A stretch of DNA of 64,000 bases from Neoechinorhynchus agilis (Eukaryota > Animalia > Acanthocephala): the NCBI GenBank assembly GCA_051530055.1, contig CM121342.1, positions 11,051,480 through 11,115,479 of the forward strand, in the 5' to 3' direction. Shown in pieces: positions 36,230-49,200 of the stretch. The notes below the pieces were generated by a model. The model saw only the letters and a program-made list of their open reading frames with translations. It was not told where the DNA came from and ran no database searches. Made by a program: the position numbers and the translations under genes. Within the stretch, counting starts at the first letter, position 1. The number at the start of each line of letters is the position of its first letter.

Positions 36230-37240
36230 ATGATGACCCTGACAGAAAATCCAATGGTGTTTGTCGATGATCTCATCAACCGTCACAAAATAGTTTTGTT
36301 CGGCAAGAGTTACTGTCCTTTCTCTCTTCTGGCAAAGAATATTTTGAAGCATCTTCAGTTTAAGAACGTCGAAATAGTCGATTATGATCAATTCAAGCAG
36401 TGGAAGGACATTCAGGATTATCTCGTTAATATCTACGATTCGAATCTACCAGCACCCAGGGTTTTTTTAAATGGGAAGTGCATAGGAGGCGGCGTTGAAA
36501 TTCTTTTTGGAGATAATCAGCTAAATCGAACACTGATCGAGGAAAGTCTAAATGAGAAAAAGGAGAATGCAAAAAAATACGTCGATTTATTGCTTAAAAT
36601 TCACAAGGTTGTAATGTTTAGTAAGAGCTATGACACGTTTTCGGACGTAGCTAAGAGCGTATTAAATCGATATCAAATCGAAGATTTAAAAATCTGTGAA
36701 TTGGATCAAATCGAAAACTGTAGTGAGATAAAAGATTACATAGCCAGTATTTGCGATGACAACCGAACAATCCCGAGAATATTTCTCAATGGAAAATGTA
36801 TTGCCGGAGGATTGGATCTTAATAAAATGAATACTCAAGGCAAATTGATTCCGATGTTACGCGAAGGTGGCGTTAAAATGAACGAAGAAATCGCAAACAA
36901 ACACGAACTTGCTCAGAACTCGGAATGTTCAATGGAATTTGCGAAACAATTCGTTGATAATCTAATTAATAATCACAAGGTAGTTGTGTTCAGCAAGACG
37001 TATTGCCCGTTTTGCATTCTGGGCAAAAATGTTCTTGGCCTTTACAACATTAAAGATATTAAGACGGTTGAAATAGAAGATATGCCGGAATGCAATCAAA
37101 TTCAAGAATATTTGGGGACGTTGTGTAATGGAGAATCAACTGTTCCTCGCGTTTTTGTCGAAAGGAAATTCATCGGCGGAGGATCGGAAATGGAGAAATT
37201 TCATAATTCTGGACAATTAAAGGAGATGCTTAAACTTTAA
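36230..37240 (+). CDS. Three-domain glutaredoxin, intronless (copy A, 336 aa)
   Basis: Three Grx folds: KIVLFGKSYCPFS...PRVFLNGKCIGGG; KVVMFSKSYDTFS...TIPRIFLNGKCIAGG; KVVVFSKTYCPFC...TVPRVFVERKFIGGG. Confidence 0.92.
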   Translation: MMTLTENPMVFVDDLINRHKIVLFGKSYCPFSLLAKNILKHLQFKNVEIVDYDQFKQWKDIQDYLVNIYDSNLPAPRVFLNGKCIGGGVEILFGDNQLNRTLIEESLNEKKENAKKYVDLLLKIHKVVMFSKSYDTFSDVAKSVLNRYQIEDLKICELDQIENCSEIKDYIASICDDNRTIPRIFLNGKCIAGGLDLNKMNTQGKLIPMLREGGVKMNEEIANKHELAQNSECSMEFAKQFVDNLINNHKVVVFSKTYCPFCILGKNVLGLYNIKDIKTVEIEDMPECNQIQEYLGTLCNGESTVPRVFVERKFIGGGSEMEKFHNSGQLKEMLKL

Positions 37241-37709
37241 TTGTTTAACCGTTTGAAAGGTGATCTTGCGTATTTGGAATTTTCGCTGATAAAAATTATA
37301 CTTTTGATTCACTGTTTATTTTTGCTCCGATAACAACAATGTGTCCAAGTTTACTAAAATTCAAATGTTCCTTCGTAGTCCGTTTGTTAAACACACGCTA
37401 TTCGGAGAAATCAGCGAACTGTGTAGATGCATTTAGTAACATTTTCTCTTGAAATCGGCGGAGCCTTGAATGATCAAAGTAAAATCTAAAATATATAAAT
37501 AAACGCTTACTATTCCAATTCACTTATTCATCTAACTTATCCCTTTCGTTTTGCGATTCGCTCTCTTTCCATGGAAAAATTGCGTTCATAATTTTTTTAG
37601 AAAGTTTATTGTTTAGCAGTTGCGTTGTTAAAATGTCAACTACATTTTACTTTTAAAAGTGTTTCCTAGGTAACCGATGTTAGTTTTAAATTACTACGAT
37701 AAAATTCTA

Positions 37710-40700
37710 ACAATGGTCAATTTGGCTAAAATGAAGATTGCTGGAAAAGGCAGGAATGGCCCTGGATTTGTGAACAGAAAACATATAGATTTAGAGGATG
37801 AGAAATATTTAACCAAATTGATGCTGGACGAGAAGGGTAATTGATTGTTTATTAAAAATGAACATTAAAGTTGTTATCGTCTATAGAAATCGAGCTGTCT
37901 AGAGCCGAACAGAAAAGCGAATCAACCAGGGCGAAATTGATTAGCGGAAATGCCGTAATCGAAAAGAAGAATGCCATTTACAAAGATTATGTTCCATTTT
38001 TTCGATTAAAAGCCGTAAGTGAAATCAAGCGCTAGAATGATGTTTTGAATTTAAAATGTTGCATAGGCCGAAGACATTGCTATCCTTTTAAGTGATTTGG
38101 ATATAAAACATATTACACCAATATCCGGATATGAGGTAAAAAATTTTAGATCTAAATTTTAATAACATAAATAAAATTTTCAAGAAATTGTTTTTGGTGA
38201 GTCGTATTTTAATGCCTAGTTCCGATTTTTTTTCACGAATTTGGATTTTACAGAAGATGAGCTTTTAAAGAATCTTGTTGATATGAAAATATAGTACCTC
38301 GCTTTCAAATTGCAAATGAAATAGACATTGCACGTCTAGTGCACTAATTAGATTATTTTACACGGCTTTCAGGGCCTGAAATTCGGTGAATTCCATAAGA
38401 ATGTAAATACTTAAGAAATGGAATCGGACGATTACATAATTTCTAGATGAGAATCATTTTATATTAAAACCGTCCCTGATTTAAAAGTAGCATTAGTAAC
38501 TCGCGTTCTGATAAACCATTTGTTCTTTTGAACTTTGACAAACATGTCACAATTTGCATATAGAAAGTCCTCAATTTGCTGAACAGTACATTTACGGATC
38601 AAGTACAGAAGCTAACAAGACTTAGATCTAGAAGTAAAGAATTAAAACATTGCATTGTTGAAACGAAGAAAGATCTGCAGCTCGTCAAAAACATTCAGAA
38701 TAACGTCCGCGTTGAGAATACTTTTCCAAGAAGGCATAGGCGTCGTGGTAAAAAAAACAGGCGGAACCAATTTTCACATGAATCCCGATGTCAATTTATA
38801 AGAAACGCCGTTAACTTCACAGATAGATTGAAAAGTGTCATTGAATCGGTGAGTCGAAGTTCTCAGTTTCTGTGTAATTTTCATTCTACGTTAAACAATC
38901 AGGCAACATCTTATTTGATGAGTGAAATTTCAGCAAGGGAGAAGATTTTAAGTGAAGATGCTTCAATGCAAGAAGAGAAAGAGATGTATGACCTAACAAG
39001 CACCAATTTAAAATTATGGGCAGAGTACACGAAATTGAAATCAGATTTTGAAAAGCGTATAATAGAAACGACGAACGCCGTACAAGTCATCGAACAAAAT
39101 GCTGAACAACTGAAAATTGCTGAAGACGTGGCCAATAGAGACGTAAGCGCAAGAATTAGATTTGCAGCCAATCACAAAATTAATAACATCGAGGAAAAAC
39201 GTAAGAGTGGATGATATACGCCAATTGCTTATTATAATCGGGAAATGTTTAGACGAACGTCCACATAAATCATTGACACAACAAATACTTAGCCATGAAA
39301 TGAGCTTACTTATGGCCCATAATGGCATCGAACCGGATCTTGAGGTAAATATTTCATTAGCAAAATTCAAATTGTTTGATTTGCGATGAGTCCCTCTAAG
39401 AGAAAATTTGGTACCGATTTATTGCAAGTGGATAATTAATGTGTAGAACAAAAGACCTTTGATTTGCGTTTTTAGTTTAATCTCAGGCGCTCTCATGTAC
39501 ACCAAAACCTCTATCGTATAGTTCTCACCAAATAAATTGTTGCAAAAGTTGGATAAGATACAGCGAAACAGAGCGTTACTTCGTCAGTTTCTATCAAAAG
39601 ACAAACTAGAATCCGAATTAAACATTCAACAAAGAAGCTATGAAGACAACGGCAAGAATGCGACACGCGAATGTTTTGGGCAACTAAGGAACATGTAAGA
39701 CTCCTTGAGACAGTACTCTACTAATTTTGGTTTCACTATCCAGTGTGGCAGATAAGATGTCTGATACTGGACTTGAGAATGAGAGAAAAACCACAGAGCA
39801 AGAGAATGCAATGGATCATATAATGATAGAGCAGTGTGTCAATTATTTTGTGGAGACACTGATAATGAACATAAAAATAACATTGGTTCGAGCTGGGCTC
39901 GAAGACGATTCGGTGAGTACACGCGAAGGGAGAGTGCAGGTGGGTGGTAACTGTGCGGGCTTTTAAGCGAATAGCGAAATCCCCAAAGATAAATACAAAA
40001 AATTCTATAAGTTCCCACGTTTTCCTGAAAAGGTGGTGACCATAAGAAGTGACCATTCTTGACCCAGTATTTTAATATTTCATATTTAAAAGTTTAAAGC
40101 TACAATCACCCCAGCAAAATACATTACAAAAATATTGATGATAATTTAGAGTGCTAAAGAAAAGTGATTTAAAGTATCAGTTGTTTTTGATCCTTTTGAC
40201 AAAAATCAGTAAAAATCATTAGGTTTCAGCACTTTTATCTTCTTTAGCCGAATAGCGATGCGACCTTTAAAGACATGGCACTATGGGCATTGGAAAAGAT
40301 GAAATTATTGCGACAAAAGGCTCTCGAGCAAGGTCTTGACGAATCCATTGATTATTCACTTGAAAATATTTTGCAAGTAAGGAAAAACCTACCTTTCGTT
40401 TTAACGCGTCATGGGATAAAAATAATAGGCAAGAGATGAGACAAAAGAGCAATCACCTGTCGAGAAAATGGTTGCCGGAGAAGCGACTATGGCCAATCCA
40501 ATGCAATATATTTTAGAAATAACTCAGCAGGATGTGAATAAGATGCAAAAAGCTATGGAGAACATGAAGCTGGGAAAACCAAAACAGAAAAGAAGGCAAC
40601 ATGCAGAAATGGCCGGGAACCTACATAGCGGCAAGATAAGAAATATTGAAGTACATGCTAAATCCTCAAGTAAGAAAATGGATGAACAATTAAGTTATAA

Positions 40701-40725
40701 AAAAGACAAAAAGGCAACGAACTAA
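37710..40725 (+). CDS. Unidentified multi-exon coiled-coil protein
   Basis: Open segments flanked by gtaag/gtgag donors and (t/c)ag acceptors, e.g. RHIDLEDEKYLTKLMLDEK-type exon, TRLRSRSKELKHCIVETKKDLQ, KLWAEYTKLKSDFEKRIIE, LLQKLDKIQRNRALLRQF and LWALEKMKLLRQKALEQ. No family recognised; boundaries are approximate. Confidence 0.5.
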
Positions 40726-40914
40726 TTATTTTTTGCCGTAAAAATGATATTTAACGTTATATTTTTTAAATCGGGACTACGAAGGAACATTTGAATTTTA
40801 GTAAACTTGGACACATTGTTGTTATCGGAGCAAAAATAAACAGTGAATCAAAAGTATAATTTTTATCAGCGAAAATTCCAAATACGCAAGATCACCTTTC
40901 AAACGGTTAAACAA

Positions 40915-41925
40915 TTAAAGTTTGAGCATCTCCTTTAATTTTCCAGAATTATGAAATTTCTCCATTTCCGATCCTCCGCCGATGAATTTCCTTTCGACAA
41001 AAACGCGAGGAACAGTTGATTCTCCATTACACAACGTCCCCAAATATTCTTGAATTTGATTGCATTCCGGCATATCTTCTATTTCAACCGTCTTAATATC
41101 TTTAATGTTGTAAAGGCCAAGAACATTTTTGCCCAGAATGCAAAACGGGCAATACGTCTTGCTGAACACAACTACCTTGTGATTATTAATTAGATTATCA
41201 ACGAATTGTTTCGCAAATTCCATTGAACATTCCGAGTTCTGAGCAAGTTCGTGTTTGTTTGCGATTTCTTCGTTCATTTTAACGCCACCTTCGCGTAACA
41301 TCGGAATCAATTTGCCTTGAGTATTCATTTTATTAAGATCCAATCCTCCGGCAATACATTTTCCATTGAGAAATATTCTCGGGATTGTTCGGTTGTCATC
41401 GCAAATACTGGCTATGTAATCTTTTATCTCACTACAGTTTTCGATTTGATCCAATTCACAGATTTTTAAATCTTCGATTTGATATCGATTTAATACGCTC
41501 TTAGCTACGTCCGAAAACGTGTCATAGCTCTTACTAAACATTACAACCTTGTGAATTTTAAGCAATAAATCGACGTATTTTTTTGCATTCTCCTTTTTCT
41601 CATTTAGACTTTCCTCGATCAGTGTTCGATTTAGCTGATTATCTCCAAAAAGAATTTCAACGCCGCCTCCTATGCACTTCCCATTTAAGAAAACCCTGGG
41701 TGCTGGTAGATTCGAATCGTAGATATTAACGAGATAATCCTGAATGTCCTTCCACTGCTTGAATTGATCATAATCGACTATTTCGACGTTCTTAAACTGA
41801 AGATGCTTCAAAATATTCTTTGCCAGAAGAGAGAAAGGACAGTAACTCTTGCTGAACAAAACTATTTTGTGACGGTTGATGAGATCATCGACAAACACCA
41901 TTGGATTTTCTGTCAGGGTCATCAT
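40915..41925 (-). CDS. Three-domain glutaredoxin (copy B, 336 aa)
   Basis: Inverted copy of 36230-37240 with two amino-acid differences (G/S before KSYCPFS; Q/K near the C-terminus). Confidence 0.92.
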   Translation of the reverse strand: MMTLTENPMVFVDDLINRHKIVLFSKSYCPFSLLAKNILKHLQFKNVEIVDYDQFKQWKDIQDYLVNIYDSNLPAPRVFLNGKCIGGGVEILFGDNQLNRTLIEESLNEKKENAKKYVDLLLKIHKVVMFSKSYDTFSDVAKSVLNRYQIEDLKICELDQIENCSEIKDYIASICDDNRTIPRIFLNGKCIAGGLDLNKMNTQGKLIPMLREGGVKMNEEIANKHELAQNSECSMEFAKQFVDNLINNHKVVVFSKTYCPFCILGKNVLGLYNIKDIKTVEIEDMPECNQIQEYLGTLCNGESTVPRVFVERKFIGGGSEMEKFHNSGKLKEMLKL

Positions 41926-42149
41926 AATTAAAGAGTGCGCCGTTAGAATTTTTTACAAAGAAGTTCAAGATCTGAGTTGCAAGCAAAACGTGACTCAAAG
42001 ATGATGAACTTTCTCAAGTGAACTTGCGAATCACGCCCGTCATCAACGAAGAGCGCTTATCTGTGAGATGACAAAATGTACTTAAAACCGTTCGGAGATT
42101 GAATTGTTCAAATTTGTTGTTTTCTGGCGAAGAAATTAAAATGATTTTA

Positions 42150-43883
42150 TTTTAAAATCCGATATTTCGGCACAATCTTGTGCCTTTATCAAGGTCTAAA
42201 AAATCATGTGGGGATTGATCAATATTCACTGTCCCAAGATTGAGCCTAAAGTCCGCCTTTTTTCCTTCAATTGTTTCCACTTGACCGATGAATATTGCCT
42301 CCATAATCACACGGTCCCATTTTGTTTCACTATGTGCCAAAATGGTAGCGTAGTCAATGCCATTAAGTGGTCCTGTTGGGCGAAATGGTTGGGTATTGTT
42401 GAACTTTCATCGGTACCTCTTCCTCAGAGCATATTTATGTTCCTGAATTCTCCTTTCAGTGCAAGGAATTTTGTACACCACTCCTTTGCCTTGATGTTCT
42501 TCACGTTTCTTCACCGTGGAGTTCAGTTGCTTATTTTTCTTGGTGCAAATACAACACTCCATGTCTTTTGACGTGCCTTCTTTGGTCAGGTTGTTAATTG
42601 CAGTGAAGAACTCCTCGTCGACGAATGGTGCACTTGTGAGGGCGTTTTGCTTTGACTTTGGTACAAAGTTTTCTTTGAATAGAAGGCCCCGCAAATAGCT
42701 CTTCTTATCAAGTCGATTGGATAGCCCTTTCCTTTGAGCATTTTCCTAAAAAATTGTAACCCGTTGTTGAGGGAATCCTTGTTGGAACAATAGTTGCAGG
42801 CACGATCAAACAGCGACTTTATCCTAGTTATTATATATATAATTGGTGTCATTGTGATGAAAGGGAGGGCAATGTCAGTCGGTGTACCAATCTTTCTGTA
42901 ACAGTGGTTGCTAACTCTACTTCTTATCGCGTTATCAACACGTCTAAAAAAGGGATCGCATTGCTATTCGCCGACTTGTTGCCGTGCTAGGGGTTTAGCA
43001 TGCGGCAGAAGTATTCCGGTTCTGTGGTTTCATCGACTAAGATAAAAGTATCGCCAACGTTTCTCTGCCAGAATTTCACACCCGGTAGGCTGAAAACATA
43101 CTTAGCCTCCCAATCACGCATGAACAATTCGATGAGAACTGGGGCAAGAGGACTCCCCATTAACGATCCACCAACTTGATCGTAGCTCTTAACTTCGAAA
43201 TTGAAATTCGAGTTCCTCGTGCACATGTATAAGAGTTCCTTCCATTCAGATTCAGTTAAATTCCGTCCTTCTACATTGCGTTGAAGTATGTGAATCGCAA
43301 GATTTATCGCTGAATTCAATGGTACTTTCGTTAATAGGGACTCGACATAGGCAGAAACCGTTCTATATTCTGCATTTGCGTGCACCTTCAATCTCCCTAT
43401 GAACTCCACACCTGACGATACTGTGTGCTTATCCTGAGACAATAAGTTTCTTAACATGTTAGCCAATGTCCTTGCTGTTATCGTATAATATGCAGAATGC
43501 GATGCAATAACTGGCCAAGCCTGGGCTAAACCAACAATATACAAAGGATAATTAAGGAACATAAATATGCTCTGAGGAAGAGGTGCTGATGCCAGTTTAG
43601 CAACATTCAACCATTTTGCCCAACAGGACCACTTAATGGCATTGACTACGCTACCATTTTGGCACGTAGTGAAACAAAATGGGACCGTGTGATTATGGAG
43701 GCAATATTCATCGGTCAAGTGGAAACAATTGAAGGAAAAAAGGCGGACTTTAGGCTCAATCTTGGGACAGTGAATATTGATCAATCCCCACATGATTTTT
43801 TAGACCTTGATAAAGGCACAAGATTGTGCCGAAATATCGGATTTTAAAATAAAATCATTTTTATTTCTTCGCCAGAAAACAAC
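42150..43883 (-). mobile_element. 5'-truncated Penelope-like element with an inverted 3'-end segment
   Basis: Minus-strand RT (VESLLTKVPL...MGSPLAPVLIELFMRDWE...NVGDTF), linker (IKSLFDRA...KGYPIDLI) and EN (GVVYKIPC..ERRIQEHK...KWDRVIMEAIFI). About 43560-43883 repeats the EN/3' end on the plus strand. Confidence 0.88.
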
Positions 43884-44859
43884 CAGTACTTAAAACCATT
43901 GGTTGTAATAAAAGAACCCAACTATCGGTCAGAGAAACTGCATGAACAATTTATCTGGCTCAACTCTATTCTACCTCAAATGGTTTCACCCTCAACCCTC
44001 AAAAAAACAATTTATTCTCAAATCGAAGTAGGTTGTTGGGAAACGTCGCTAACGGGAATTCTATGGCAGCTTTTTTCATCTGAATTTGGCACTAAATTTC
44101 ACTCGAAATAACAATTCTTGGCTACACTTTTACATGTGATCTCAGTATTAAATTTGACATGAGTAAGTTCAAACGTCTACCGAAAACGGCTAAAGCGAAG
44201 GCAATTAGAACACGTAACTTAGGTTTAGACAATCAAGCCACTCAAGAGGACGTCCCCCTAAGCAAAGACCCAAATTCGTTAGCACCTTCCTGGAGACCTT
44301 GAGCAAGACCGCTTCGATTGGAAACACTCAACGCACTAGGCCCACAATACACTCAATTGGACGAACCTGAACAAATAGGATGAAGAATCTCCATTGAGAG
44401 TACCTATGCATCTTCTGTACCCAGAGGTTCTCTTTGCGATTAATTCATCTTATTAATTAAACCTAAAGAAAAAATCTGCAAAAATTTACGCTCAAAATAA
44501 TCGATAAAAAAGATTTTTGATTTTAATAATTTCCCTTAACAGTGTGAGTGCATTGTTTGAGAATTTATTCCGAAACCTGCTTGGTGCATCGGTCTTCGAC
44601 GATATTCCGCGATGCCGCCTCCACCACCGACGACACCGATGCCGTACCCGAGCGAAGCGAGCCAAATGAATAGACCAAAGAAACGCCCAACGCTACCTGG
44701 ACACCGCCCGCTTGTTTAGATTCTTTTTCAGGATAACATTGTGATAAAGAATCTATTTTTTCTATGCAAACTTTTGGAATTGTTTTTACCGTCTTGAGCT
44801 TTAAATTATTTTTGTAATTTTTTTTATCAGAGGAACAACTTTTATTATTCTCAATCGTA

Positions 44860-46170
44860 CTTCACCGTCCCCAAGACGCTCGCTGCGTTTCCTCGCTGGA
44901 TAGCCAAGGATATGTTCTGCACTAGGAACGAACGAGCCCTCCTGTCATTGGTCGAGTTGATCAGTCGATGCCCCAGTTCGAAAACAAAACTCCTCGCCGC
45001 ACGTCCGAAAGCTTCTAAGGTTTCCACTGCGAAGGGGACAAAATGATGAGAATTCGTAAAATCAGCGTATTTTGCAACCTTACGGAGCTCCGCTGCTGAT
45101 GCGGCTCCCCCAGCCCCGGAGGATGCATCTCGCAGATTGCTGGCTGCAAGGGAGTCGACGCATGTTGCGTCTCATAGGAGACATCTCCCCCTGCTCCAAG
45201 GAAAAACGGTAACTCCATCCGGCCTACGCCCATCGATCCTGCAGATGTTGCTAGGCTCGAGGATATTCGGAGAGTTAGCCGTTTTCAAAGCGCGGCTCAG
45301 CAATGCGTTTATTTCGGCGTGTCTAGCAAAACGGCCACTTGAGCGTTTACAGGCTAATCCGTGCCTGCGCGAGGGGTCAACTTCCGTCCCGCATCGGCAG
45401 GTGTGAGGGATACAAACCGGGAGCCCGAGCCTCAGAGACACGGCGATTCTGAGAGCCTCGCCGTCTAATCTCGAACCGAGATTTGCTGATGGTACAGCTT
45501 TCAACCAGGCGCCGGACTCTTTGCAGGAAACTGCAGTTAATCGCGTTCTATCCACGTCGGAGAGCGAGTCAAAAAGTGAGGTGTGAACACGCTCCACTAA
45601 CGGAATGTCCCACGATTTCTGTTTCTCCGGGAGGTCTGGAATCTTGTCGAGGTTAGACAGGGACATCCAAAGATGAAGAGCGGGCTCCAGGTTGATGTCC
45701 TCCTCAAAATTATGTCTCTAAATCAATCTGGAAAGGCACTTGGACCTACTAAGAGACGATAGAAAGGCTGGAAGCGCAATGGCTGAGCTGGCACGAATAC
45801 CGATCCCTCCGTAGCTTGTGGGCAAAGATGCCTGGGTCCAGCCAGTGTCGGGGAGCTTAATATTAAGGATCTTACATAGACCATCCCTTAAAGAACCATC
45901 AATCTCTCTCAATTCGGGCTGACATTGAAAGGAAGGGGTTGACCGCAGTTTATGGAGGATGCGTGGAATGAAGATGCAATTTTTTAAAAGGAAGAGAGCA
46001 TCGTGAGGGAAAAGTTCAGAGGCCCTTGAACAGATGAGATCAATGGAAGGTCTGATTTTCCTGATCTCGGCCTGCATATTCTCCTCGAGCACGCAGCTTC
46101 CCAGCAGTTCTAAGCTGGACTTGGTGATAAGTCGGATATTAGGTGCAGCCTTTTTTCTATTATTTGTCAA
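44860..46170 (-). mobile_element. CRE-like RT-REL element, 3' fragment
   Basis: HDALFLLKNC...LRSTP, QASLP..YGGIGIR, ESGAWL.AVP, C.CG...D...HGL.C...GR..RH and RPDGVTVFPW..GRCL. Confidence 0.85.
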
Positions 46171-46203
46171 TTCAATAAATATGGAAAATCAAGTAAATAT
46201 GTA

Positions 46204-49200
46204 CTATTGAGAACACACATGCTCCTTTAGTCGAATCGCAGGATGGATACTCAGAGAGGAGCACTCGATATTCCCTGAAAAAGGAATGATGGTTCTTAGT
46301 ATAATTATGAAAAATGGATACTCAGAGAGGAGCACTCGATATTCCTTGAAAAAGGAAATAAAGGCACAAAGGCCATTGCTGCTAAAATCACCACAAATGA
46401 TGTCAGGGTCCCATAAAGTAATTATATTTATGTAGCTCTTTATAAAGCAGCTCGCTTTCCTAGGCACGGCATAAAAATTCGCTATGATGAGTATTTCGCC
46501 TGTTGATGGATTAATAGAGTAAAGCGGGTTACTAATAGCAATTTTTTGTATTGCAAATATATCATTCTTGAGTTGAAATAACATTTTAGGTTTTAGGGAC
46601 TTTTTAACAAAAGTTTGTAAACCACCGTAGAAGCCCATTAACAAGTTTCCCGAGGATGACATGGGATTCGGCACAACAACTTAAAATATTTGAAGACTAA
46701 CAAGAGTACGAAATCCCGACTCCTGAAAAAATAGTATATCTGCCAAAGTATCTGATACGATTTGAAAATTTTTTAGAAGGTATGTACGAAGCTCTAGAAG
46801 CATTATAGGTTGAGAAGGTGAATCCAGGGGAGCTAGTAATTTACTCGGAGAACGACGAGGATCTCCCTCGCTTGCTTATTAAATCAATTTCCTTGAGAGG
46901 AGGGGAGTGTGGCCTCTTAATTGCTTAGTAAATTGTATAAACCGAACTGTCATTTTTATTTGGGATGGCCAGGATATTTATTTTAATAATTTGGATAAAA
47001 GATCTCACTAGTTCTCTTAGTTGGTTAATTTCTTTGATAAGACCAGGAACCAAATCGTCATGAGAAATGTGATCCAGCTTCTGAGGGCTAAGAGATTCTC
47101 TGAAGAAAGATGAAGAATTGCTCACCCAGTTGGGCGGGGGAGAAGAGTCTGAGGATGGAACCAAAAATCAAGACTAGTGGGTTCACGATGTAATGCTTTA
47201 AACGGGGATGTGCCACGGGCTTTAACCGAAGCCTACCGGCGAGAACTCCCTTCTCACTTGCAGACAAATCAACCTTGTTGTTGTTCTTTATCATAATTCT
47301 CCCTCGAATATCCGGAGGATCTGGTGGTACCTTTTCCTTTGGTTTCGCTTTAGCGCAATTTTTGTTCCCAACTATATTAGCGCGCATGAACGAACCTTTG
47401 TTCGCGATGTGTGATAAGTGTTCAACTGCATTTACTTAATTTTATTTATTTATTAAACACGGCCATACAACTAGTAAGATAACAATTAGGGTTTTTCGTT
47501 GGTCTAGAAGTTATCGTTGGTCCTTCGTCTGCTCTATTGGACCTCAGGTATTAGGTCGATCTCAGACAGCCTCGGAGGACCAAAAGACCAGATTAATTTT
47601 TATCCTGGTAGTATTACTTTCTTGCCATTAACCATTTCCTATCTTTATCCATTAAGAAATTACTTATTGTAAAAAAAGTGTGTGCATCATTGAATTCCAA
47701 TCGAATTGTGTTGGAGCATTGTGCGTTGAAGTTAGGGTTAGAAGGAGAAGGAAAGTAGAATACCTGTTCATTAGATATAAAGAACTTACCTTTATTAGAA
47801 AATGAAGGGAAGAATAAGATTTTTCCCAAAAATAAGCGTGAGAGGAAAGATAAAAGAGGCTCATGGATAAGATTATAATTTGATAAGTTTATGAAGCTTA
47901 TTAAAACATCTAAAAAAGAAGGAAAACCTAAGTTCAGGAGGGCGACCTCTCCCGAAAAAACAGATAGAGCCTCCTATGAGAGCTTTTAGAACGGGTAATA
48001 TAATGTTAAAATTCAAATCAAGATATTTGGCACTATTAAGAACATATTTGATTTTTAGAAAGGTATTATTAATCGATGAATTAATTAAAAATCTAAATGT
48101 CTTGGAGGGGAAGTCGATTCCTAGAACCCTGGTAAATTTCTTAATGTTGGAGGAGTTAAAATTGTGGTAATTAATTAAATTATTGATTAAAACTTTCCTA
48201 GAAGAGAGCGAGTTAGTGAGGAGGATAAAAAAAGTTTTATTGGCATTGATGGCAAGATTAGCCAATTTCAACTCTGAGCTAAGGATACTCAGAGCTGCTT
48301 GAATGTTGCAGAGAAAGATATCGTCTGCATATATCGGAGGAAAGATACCCCTGGGTAGTTTCAATTTCTTAAAGATAAAAATAAGGCAGATAAGGAAAAG
48401 AGTAGGGGATACTTAAGAGCCTTGGGGACCCCCAAACGGAAAAAGAATTTGGTTTTTGAGGGATCCACCTCACAATAAAAGGAATTTGATTCAAGTAAGT
48501 AATTAATTTTATATATAAGATTCAGAGGAATTTTTAGCTCCTCTAGAGCTTTGTATAAAAAGGTTATATCCAGTCAAGCTGAATAAGAATTTTTTGAACA
48601 AATTTAATATTGTTCATACGGTTAACAGCACTGTGAACTGGATGAGGATTGTAAGTAGCCCAGCCCTTACTATTCTCTGTATCCATGAAGTATTGTGTGA
48701 GGTAGGAATGTGCAAACTTGCACTTCCTAGCAAAAGCTGGGTGTCTCTTTCCACAATTTGCGCAGAGAGGATTATCCTGTGCCTTACGGTCCCTTTCATG
48801 GTGGGAGCCAGCGCAAAAGATGCATCTCGGCGAAGACTTGCAGCCTGATTCTGTATGTCCCCATACAGAGCATTTTTGGCATATAGTCAGGTTGAAGTCG
48901 TAAATTCATTCCTGATGCCTGTAGAGGGTAACCCAGTGTGACATGATAGCACGACCTGAGGAAGCCAATATGTCTGCAGTCTCCACCGGGGCAGAACAAA
49001 GAAGTGCATATGCTGAAACCGTATTTGGACTGAATAGGTATTTCATCGGTTTCACACCTAATTCCTTCTCCACCAATCGAAAACCTTCTGCATCCAGTTT
49101 TTGAGGCGCATTAAACATTCTAATGGTCACCCTTCTTGAAAGATCAACAAACGTAATATCCAAGCCCGTCAACATTTTGAAAAATAAGTCCCTCCCTTCC

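Noticed and set aside
42987-43793. 268-aa ORF as a novel RT fusion protein
   Set aside because: The N-terminal part is the antisense of the inverted PLE end, open by chance into the RT fragment. The RT lacks an intact YxDD (NVGDT).
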